From IMG/VR virus record IMGVR_UViG_3300027303_000001: a stretch of DNA of 20,000 bases. One strand, written 5' to 3'. The position numbers and the translations under genes are program-made. Below the pieces are notes generated by a model. That model had not been told where the DNA came from. It worked only from the letters and a program-made list of their open reading frames with translations, and ran no database searches. This DNA comes from an uncultured virus (IMG/VR IMGVR_UViG_3300027303_000001) (lineage: Duplodnaviria; Heunggongvirae; Uroviricota; Caudoviricetes). Of the stretch, positions 13,661-20,000 are shown in pieces (the first letter of the stretch is position 1; the number at the start of each line of letters is the position of its first letter).

Positions 13661-15077
13661 GCTCTACGCACCGGAGCCGATCGCCGAGGCGTTCATCCTC
13701 GACGACAAGTTCTACACCTTCATTGTCGGCCCTGTGGGTTCGGCGAAGACCACCGCGATCATGATGAAGATCGTGCACCGGGCCAAGCTCCAGGCGCCCT
13801 CTCCCGTCGATGGGGTGCGCCGCACCCGGTGGGTGGTCGTCCGTAACACCATGCCACAGCTGAAAGACACCACGCTCAAGTCGTGGTTTACGTGGTTCCC
13901 TGACGGACAGGCTGGTCACTGGGTCTCCAGCACCAACACGTTCTGGATGAAGTTCGGCGACGTCGAGGCGGAGATCATGTTCCGGCCGCTGGATACCGCG
14001 GACGACGTTCGGCGCGTACTGTCGCTGGAAGTCACCGGGGCAATCCTTGACGAGTTCACCGAGATCCCTGCGGCGATCATGGAAGCGCTGTCCGGCCGGT
14101 GCGGTCGTTACCCTTCGGCCGTCGATGGCGGACCGACGTGGTGGGGTATGTGGGGCGCTACGAACCCGGGCAACGAGGACAACTTCTGGTTCGACTGGCT
14201 GTACAGCGACTGGGAGGACGACCTCGATGGCAAGATCAAGGCGGCCAAACTGGGTTATTACCAGCAGCCGAGCGGTTTCAGCCCGTACGCCGAGAACATT
14301 GAGAACCTGCCTGGCAAGCGCGACTACTACGTCAACCTGGCGTCCGGTAAATCCGAGGCCTGGATCAAGCAATACATCGAGGTCAACTGGGGTTACAGCC
14401 TCAAGGGGCTGCCGGTGTATCGGGCGTTCAAGCCGGACTTGCATGTCGCCAAGCGCTCGCTGATCTACAACCCTCACTTACCGCTGATCATTGGCTTCGA
14501 CCCGGGGTTCGTCTGGAGCGCGGCTATACTGGGGCAGCAGGACAGTCACGGACGCATCGCTATCTTGCGGGAGGTCATCGGTCACCAGACGGGTGCCAAG
14601 CGGTTCTGCAATGAAAAGCTCAAGCCCATGTTGGCCATGAACTTCCCCGGCGCCCAGATCATCATCAGCGCCGACCCTGCATCCAAGTCGAGCGCGCAGA
14701 CCGACGAGCAGAGCGTGTACAAAGTCCTCAAGGAAGAAATGGGCGTACCGGTCAAGACTGCGTCGACCAACTTGCTGGAGCCGCGCCTGGCTGCCGTCGA
14801 GGACTACCTGACGCGCCTGACTGACGTGGGGCCGGCGCTGCTTATCGACCCGTCCTGCACTACCCTTATTCGTGGATTTAAGTCAGGATACCGCTACAAC
14901 GTGTCGAACAAGGGCGCGCAGGCAGACGTCCCGGAAAAGAACGAATACAGCCACCCGCACGATGCGTGCCAATATTTAGCGCTTGCGTTCAAAGGGGAAG
15001 CGTTTCGTGACGCCAAGCGCCGCAAGGCTGCCAGCGTCGGCTTCACTGGACACCAGCAGAACCCATACGCTTACTAG
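13650..15077 (+). CDS. terL: Terminase large subunit (475 aa)
   Basis: Walker A GPVGSAKT, VVVRNTMPQLKDTT, Walker B GAILDE, motif III ATNP, nuclease motifs IIGFDPG and HPHDACQY. Confidence 0.95.
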   Translation: MGTKLYAPEPIAEAFILDDKFYTFIVGPVGSAKTTAIMMKIVHRAKLQAPSPVDGVRRTRWVVVRNTMPQLKDTTLKSWFTWFPDGQAGHWVSSTNTFWMKFGDVEAEIMFRPLDTADDVRRVLSLEVTGAILDEFTEIPAAIMEALSGRCGRYPSAVDGGPTWWGMWGATNPGNEDNFWFDWLYSDWEDDLDGKIKAAKLGYYQQPSGFSPYAENIENLPGKRDYYVNLASGKSEAWIKQYIEVNWGYSLKGLPVYRAFKPDLHVAKRSLIYNPHLPLIIGFDPGFVWSAAILGQQDSHGRIAILREVIGHQTGAKRFCNEKLKPMLAMNFPGAQIIISADPASKSSAQTDEQSVYKVLKEEMGVPVKTASTNLLEPRLAAVEDYLTRLTDVGPALLIDPSCTTLIRGFKSGYRYNVSNKGAQADVPEKNEYSHPHDACQYLALAFKGEAFRDAKRRKAASVGFTGHQQNPYAY

Positions 15078-15084
15078 GTGAATC

Positions 15085-17223
15085 ATGGCAGACGAAATTT
15101 TAGACCCGGACGCAGAACCCGCAAAGCACGAAGGCACGCCGGAAGGCAAGGCCAAGCTGGGCGGAGTGCTGGCGGGTCGGTTTTCCGTCTACAAGAGCGA
15201 TCGCAAGACAGCCGAAAACCAGTGGCTGCTGAATGTTCGTCAGTTCCTCGGGAAGTACGATCCTGCGCTGGAACAGGCGATGGCCAAGGGCATGAGTCGC
15301 GCGTATCCGAAGATTACCCGGGTCAAATGCACCAGCATGAAGTCGCGGCTCATGAGCCTCCTGTTCCCCGCCGGGGAGAAGAACTGGAGCATCAGCGCGT
15401 CGCCGGTACCGAACTTACCGCTGGAGACCCTGATCGAAGCGTTGGACGCCTGGCGCCTCCAGAATCCCGGGGTGCAGCCGACGCAGGACCAGCTCGATAA
15501 GCTGGTAGCTGATACCGCGGAGAAGATCGCCGATTTTCAAGAGAAGGTCATCGACGACCAGCTCCAGGACATCGACCCGTACAACTCGACCGACTACGAG
15601 ACGCTGGTCGGCAAGGTCGTTACCTCCTCCGTTCTGTATGGTCCAGGTATCGCCAAGGGGCCTATGACCGTCAAGGACACCCTGAGCCGCTACGAGATCG
15701 ACGCGGGAGGCATGCCCCAAGTGGTAGAGGTGGAAGGGTACCGCCCGTACTACGAGTTCGTGCCCTGCTGGAACTACTACCCTGAGATGGGCGCCACCAC
15801 GTTCGACCAGATGGAAGGCGAGTTCGAGCGGCACGTGTACTCCAAGCACCAAGCACTGGAGCTGGCAAAGCGCGCGGACTTCGACGGCAAGGCCATTCGT
15901 GACTACGTGCGCGAACACTCCGACGGCAACTATGTCAGGCTCAGCTATGAAAACGACCTTGAGTCGATCGGGGGAAGTCAGAGCGCTACCTCGTTACCGA
16001 AGGGCAGTAAGTTCGAGTTCCTTGAGTATTGGGGTAGCGCTCCGGGCAAGGAATTGGCTGACGCTGGGTGCGACGGTATCAAGGACGACGAGATGGACGA
16101 CGACGTGCGCTACACGGCGTGGATCGTCGAAAACACCATCATTAAGATCGGTCGCAATCCGTTCCCCGAAGGTTCTAAGGTGTACCACCAGTTCATCTTC
16201 GAGGAGGACGAAGTGAACCTTATGGGCTCCGGTCTGCCGCCGATCATGCGCGACAGCCAGTTGGCCATCGCCAGTGGCGCGCGCATGCTAATCGACAACG
16301 GCTCGGTGGCGTGCGGGCCGAACGTCGAAGTGAATACCGACCTGCTCGACCCCACCCAGACCGACATGTCGATCAAACCGTTCAAGGTATGGCGTACCGA
16401 GGGGAATACCGGCAACGGGCAGGTGATCCGCTCAATCAACTTCGAGTCGCGAATCACTGAGATCCTGGCGCTGATGAACCAGTTCCTGAAGTTTGCCGAC
16501 ACTGAGACCTTCGTCAACCCTTTGACCAATGGCGACATGGAAGGCGTGTCTGGCGAAGCGATGCGCACCACCGGCGGCGCGTCGATGATCTACGGCAACG
16601 CCGCGCTGCCGTTCCGGGACATCGTGCGCAACTTCGACCGGTTCACTGTCAGCGTGATCCACGCACTGGTGCAGTGGAACCTGGTGTTCAACGCCGACCG
16701 GGACAAGCTGGCAGGTGATACGCGGCCGGTGCCGCGCGGCGCCACGTCGCTGATGGCCAAAGAGATGCGCTCATTCGCGCTCGACAACCTGGCGCAGACG
16801 TTGTCTCCAGAAGACATGGTCTACATCAACCGCCAGGCGCTGCTCGAGGAACGGTTGAAGGTCCGCGATCTGCCGCTCAACAGCATTATGGCGACCAAAG
16901 AACAGATCGCTCAGAACCAGCAGCAGGCTGCGCAGCAATCCCAACAGGCGATGCAGCAGCAGATGGCCATGGCACAGGCTACGCTGGAGAATCTGAACAG
17001 CGACACCGCCAAGCAGCTGTCTCAGGCCCAGAAGAATCTCGACTCGGCCGACGCCACTATCTTCAAGGCGCTGGTGGACGCCATACAGGCCGGAGCCTCA
17101 ATCAATGAACTTCAATCAATCACGGCAAGAGCTGGTCAAAGCCGCGCAGACGTCAGTCGGCCACCCGCTGCTGCTGGGACTCCGACAGTATCTGGAGTCC
17201 CAAGAATTGGCGCTGTTGGGTAA
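15085..17223 (+). CDS. Portal protein (712 aa)
   Basis: Follows TerL; GSGLPPIMRDSQ..ARMLIDN and RTTGGASMIYGNA..RDIVRNFD motifs typical of large P22/N4-type portals; Gln-rich C-terminal barrel. Confidence 0.9.
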   Translation: MADEILDPDAEPAKHEGTPEGKAKLGGVLAGRFSVYKSDRKTAENQWLLNVRQFLGKYDPALEQAMAKGMSRAYPKITRVKCTSMKSRLMSLLFPAGEKNWSISASPVPNLPLETLIEALDAWRLQNPGVQPTQDQLDKLVADTAEKIADFQEKVIDDQLQDIDPYNSTDYETLVGKVVTSSVLYGPGIAKGPMTVKDTLSRYEIDAGGMPQVVEVEGYRPYYEFVPCWNYYPEMGATTFDQMEGEFERHVYSKHQALELAKRADFDGKAIRDYVREHSDGNYVRLSYENDLESIGGSQSATSLPKGSKFEFLEYWGSAPGKELADAGCDGIKDDEMDDDVRYTAWIVENTIIKIGRNPFPEGSKVYHQFIFEEDEVNLMGSGLPPIMRDSQLAIASGARMLIDNGSVACGPNVEVNTDLLDPTQTDMSIKPFKVWRTEGNTGNGQVIRSINFESRITEILALMNQFLKFADTETFVNPLTNGDMEGVSGEAMRTTGGASMIYGNAALPFRDIVRNFDRFTVSVIHALVQWNLVFNADRDKLAGDTRPVPRGATSLMAKEMRSFALDNLAQTLSPEDMVYINRQALLEERLKVRDLPLNSIMATKEQIAQNQQQAAQQSQQAMQQQMAMAQATLENLNSDTAKQLSQAQKNLDSADATIFKALVDAIQAGASINELQSITARAGQSRADVSRPPAAAGTPTVSGVPRIGAVG

Positions 17224-17335
17224 ACTCGGGGCCGAGCGCGACCCTGTGGAAATGTACCGGCTACAAGGGCAAGTCGCCCAAGTTCGCGGTATGATGCGGG
17301 ACCTGATGCCTCGTGTAGAGTCGCAGGACAATTGA
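17105..17335 (+). CDS. Small post-portal hypothetical protein (76 aa)
   Basis: GGAG RBS; helical MYRLQGQVAQVRGMMRDL pattern typical of small genes between portal and scaffold; overlaps the portal 3' end by 119 nt. Confidence 0.7.
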   Translation: MNFNQSRQELVKAAQTSVGHPLLLGLRQYLESQELALLGKLGAERDPVEMYRLQGQVAQVRGMMRDLMPRVESQDN

Positions 17336-17366
17336 CACACAACCGATTCCGGAGTAAATAGCCACC

Positions 17367-18365
17367 ATGTCGAATGCCAATGTTGATACGAACGATACGC
17401 CGACCGCTGATGGGTTTGACGAAGCGTTCGAACAAGCGTCAAGCGGACTGCCAGCCCCCGCGGCTGCTGCGGCAGGTGCTGCTGACTCCGAGAAGCAGGA
17501 ACCTCAAGCTGCTCCGCAGCCAGACGCGCCGCCAGTAGAACCCGCTCCTGCCGCCGAGGCACCGCCCGCCGCGCCGACGACTGAGCAGATCGCTGCGGAT
17601 ATCGAGGCGAACGCTGCCGCCCCCTCTCAGCCGCCTGCGAGCGCCCCGCCTGCCGCTGCTCCTGCACCAGCGCCGGTACCGCAGATCGACCCAGAGTTCC
17701 TGGCTCAGGCAATCGCGGAAGCAAACAAACGCAACAAGGCCGCTGAACCCGCCCCTGCCAAGCAGGAGTATGTGCCAGTCACCGCCGAGACGTTCCTGAG
17801 CGACGTCGATAAGGCAGGCCTGGCCAAGTTCAAGAACGAATGGCCGGACGAATTCCCAGCACTTCAGGCGCTTATCAAGGCCGAGGCGCAGGCGATAGTA
17901 GCCAACTCCACCCACCAGTTGGTTACGCAGTTTGATAGTGTTCTGGCGCCGCTTCAGCAGTCCACGCAGAAAGCGGAGGTGAACAGCCACATGGGCGCGA
18001 TTCGCGCGGCCCACCCTGATCTGGATTCGATTCTGGACAAGGTGCCCGGGTGGATCGAGTCTCAACCCGCTATCCTGCGCCCGCAGTTCCAGAACATCTA
18101 CGAGAAGGGCAGCGCTGGAGAAGTGGTTGAAATGCTCAACATGTACAAAGCGTCGGCCAACCCGGGTGCAGCGCCAGCGACACCAGCCCCGGCAGCTGCG
18201 CAACAGACTCCGGCACAACCCGCTAAACCCAAGGCTCCTGTCGCTCCGGCAGCAGTCGCGGCTACAGCGGCAGTGCCGGCGTCGCAACGCACTAACCAGT
18301 CCAAGGGTACCGACCCGAACGACTTCGACGCTGCGTTTAACGAAGCTGCTGCGCACACCTCTTGA
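17367..18365 (+). CDS. Probable capsid scaffolding/assembly protein (332 aa)
   Basis: Immediately upstream of the major capsid gene; Ala/Pro-rich linkers around a helical core (IRAAHPDLD..WIESQP); C-terminal DFDAAFNEA helix. Confidence 0.75.
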   Translation: MSNANVDTNDTPTADGFDEAFEQASSGLPAPAAAAAGAADSEKQEPQAAPQPDAPPVEPAPAAEAPPAAPTTEQIAADIEANAAAPSQPPASAPPAAAPAPAPVPQIDPEFLAQAIAEANKRNKAAEPAPAKQEYVPVTAETFLSDVDKAGLAKFKNEWPDEFPALQALIKAEAQAIVANSTHQLVTQFDSVLAPLQQSTQKAEVNSHMGAIRAAHPDLDSILDKVPGWIESQPAILRPQFQNIYEKGSAGEVVEMLNMYKASANPGAAPATPAPAAAQQTPAQPAKPKAPVAPAAVAATAAVPASQRTNQSKGTDPNDFDAAFNEAAAHTS

Positions 18366-18391
18366 CCGACTGATACCGAAGGAGCAACACC

Positions 18392-19459
18392 ATGGCTTAT
18401 ACTGGCACCACGTACGGTGACATCACTCCACGCCAGAATGCCTATTCTGTCGTGGGCTTCCTCGAACGCGCTATTCCTTTGATGACCATCGAGAAATTCG
18501 GTCAGGTCTTCGTGGTGCCGCCGAACAGCACTCAGACCGCCAAGTTCCGCCGCTACTTCATCGCGGGCGGCACCGGCTCCTACAGTGGCAACGCTGGCAA
18601 CTACAGCATGCCGTTGGCGCTGACTCCGCTGACCGAAGGCGTGACCCCGGTCGGCAAGAAGCTGGCCAGCAAGGACTACACCGTACAGATGCAACAGTAC
18701 GGCGACTGGATTGGTTTCTCGGATGTCATCGAAGACACCCACGAAGACTACCCAGCGGTCCTGCGCGAACTGATGAACGCGCTGGGCGAGTCGGCTGCGC
18801 ACACCGTGGAAACGCTGCGCTACAACGTGCTGAAAGCAGGGACCAACGTGTTCTACGCGAACGGCGCTACTCGTGCCGCGGTGAACACTCCGATCAGCCT
18901 GCGCCTGCAACGCAACATCACTCGCTCGCTGAAGCGCCAGAACGCGAAGATGATTTCGACTTCGCTCAAATCGTCTGTGGCGTACAACACCCAGCCGATC
19001 GAAGCGGCGTTCGTCGCGCTGTGCCACCCCGACGTTGAGAACGACATCCGCGACATGGATGGCTTCATCAACATCAAGCACTACGCCCAGGGCTCGGCCT
19101 TCGAAGGCGAGATCGGTTCGGTCGAAGACGTTCGCTACATTCGTTCCACTGTCTTCGAATCGTTCCCAGACGCGGGCGGCACCAACGGAGCTGCCGGTAC
19201 CTCGGCGGAAATGATTTCCACCAGCGGTACCAAGGCCGACGTGTACCCGGTGATCTACCTGGCGCGCGACGCGTTCGGTGTGGTTGCCCTGCGTGGCAAG
19301 AACGTGGCCAACATCATGGTCGTTCAGCCGAAGGCGACCGAGTCGGACCCACTGGCCCAACGCGGTACCGCAGGCTGGAAGCTCTGGAACGCCACTGTGA
19401 TCCTGCAAGACGCCTTCCTCGTGCGTCTGGAAGTGGCAGCAAGCGCAGGTAATGCGTAA
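18392..19459 (+). CDS. Major capsid protein, N4-gp56 family (355 aa)
   Basis: AAGGAG RBS; YGDITPR, LTEGVTP, QQYGD, GEIGSVEDVRYI, DPLAQRGTAGWK motifs; followed by a terminator. Confidence 0.93.
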   Translation: MAYTGTTYGDITPRQNAYSVVGFLERAIPLMTIEKFGQVFVVPPNSTQTAKFRRYFIAGGTGSYSGNAGNYSMPLALTPLTEGVTPVGKKLASKDYTVQMQQYGDWIGFSDVIEDTHEDYPAVLRELMNALGESAAHTVETLRYNVLKAGTNVFYANGATRAAVNTPISLRLQRNITRSLKRQNAKMISTSLKSSVAYNTQPIEAAFVALCHPDVENDIRDMDGFINIKHYAQGSAFEGEIGSVEDVRYIRSTVFESFPDAGGTNGAAGTSAEMISTSGTKADVYPVIYLARDAFGVVALRGKNVANIMVVQPKATESDPLAQRGTAGWKLWNATVILQDAFLVRLEVAASAGNA

Positions 19460-19478
19460 GCTGTAAGCAGGTAAGGCA

Positions 19479-19504
19479 GACAACCCCTTCGGGGGTTGTT
19501 TTCT
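19479..19504 (+). terminator. Rho-independent terminator after the capsid gene
   Basis: GACAACCCC-TTCG-GGGGTTGTT-TTCT; C(UUCG)G tetraloop and U tract. Confidence 0.9.
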
Positions 19505-19536
19505 ATACGCACCAAACAGCCGTCCGGGGACTCTCC

Positions 19537-19791
19537 ATGACCTGTATCAGAATTGACGTAGCGGACAACGGCTTCGTTCTCGAGTACGACGACCCAGAAG
19601 TCCGTGCGCTCAACCGCGGTGACGGTCCATGGCAAGACCCTAGCCGCAGTCGCGTCTACTCCACCGTGGAAGCACTGGCTGCTGACCTGAAAACCGTTCT
19701 GCCTCTTTTCAAGACGCAAGACGAGGAGATGGACAAGGCCGCAGTGTACAAATCAGCCCTCAATGAAGCGTTCGCGAAAGGAACAAACTGA
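19537..19791 (+). CDS. Hypothetical protein (84 aa)
   Basis: ORF track; GGGGA RBS; TGATG overlap with the next gene. Confidence 0.75.
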   Translation: MTCIRIDVADNGFVLEYDDPEVRALNRGDGPWQDPSRSRVYSTVEALAADLKTVLPLFKTQDEEMDKAAVYKSALNEAFAKGTN

Positions 19792-20000
19792 TGTCTAATC
19801 AAGAGAACAAGGGCAGCCTCGAGGCTTCCATGAGCCTGCCTCAAGGCTTCGAGCAGCCGGCCAAACGTGCTCGGGCGTCGCGGGCCAAGCCCAAAGCGGA
19901 AAAGAGTGTGGAAGACATCCCGCGCGAGGCCAACGAGAAGATGTATAAGGTGCTCCTGCACGACAGCAAGGAGATCCCACCGAACGGCCAGATGATTGGC
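19791..20000 (+). CDS. Hypothetical head-region protein, partial (MSNQENKGSLEASMSLPQGF...KVLLHDSKEIPPNGQMIG)
   Basis: Read by hand: AAAGGA RBS, ATG overlapping the upstream TGA, frame open to the window end. Confidence 0.75.
   Translation, partial: MSNQENKGSLEASMSLPQGFEQPAKRARASRAKPKAEKSVEDIPREANEKMYKVLLHDSKEIPPNGQMIG

Noticed and set aside
7679..15077. Frequent TAG stops (7681, 8307, 9480, 12465, 13091, 15077) suggesting amber recoding
   Set aside because: Each is followed by an intergenic gap or a new RBS/start (12465 is TAG-TAA); TerL, portal and capsid are full length in the standard code; no suppressor tRNA here.
17332..17360. TTGACA-N17-TAAATA before the scaffold gene
   Set aside because: The -10 lacks the final T and lies downstream of the GGAG RBS, only 6 nt from the ATG; TTGACA overlaps the previous stop codon.
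19449..19475. GTAA(G) repeated four times around the capsid stop, suggesting readthrough or frameshift extension
   Set aside because: The repeats supply additional TAA stops in the other frames just before the terminator, so no extended capsid product is possible.
18098..19483. 461-aa minus-strand ORF (and similar long antisense ORFs at 4867-5748, 9303-10070, 13647-14477, 17439-18356)
   Set aside because: Shadow frames of strongly codon-biased plus-strand genes; no RBS or recognisable motifs.

Overview
The window is part of a GC-rich tailed dsDNA phage genome (Caudoviricetes). The host is probably a proteobacterium, which is inference from GC content and sigma70-type promoters. Left (1-3649, minus strand): a translationally coupled run of small hypothetical early-type genes, interrupted by an AT-rich, highly symmetric non-coding region (about 2340-3050) that looks like a replication origin or terminus/packaging element. 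Transcription diverges at about 3650-4100, where there is an operator-like palindrome, a G-quadruplex motif and a sigma70 promoter driving three CCA-encoding tRNA genes (CAT, Gly-TCC, CAT). Right (4411-20000, plus strand): unknown probable virion proteins, a fibre module (adaptor, two paralogous beta-rich domains, a 687-aa repeat-rich fibre, a putative chaperone), then TerS, TerL, portal, a small overlapping ORF, scaffold, an N4-gp56-type major capsid protein with terminator, and two further ORFs. I found no CRISPR array, integrase, reverse transcriptase or recognisable defence system, and I cannot claim a new enzymatic system. The best candidates for undescribed biology are non-coding or structural: the multi-motif dyad centred at 2759.5, the duplicated 19-bp operator, the GCTAAG signal overlaid on a coding gene, the non-canonical tRNAs, and a possible head-fibre module upstream of the terminase.
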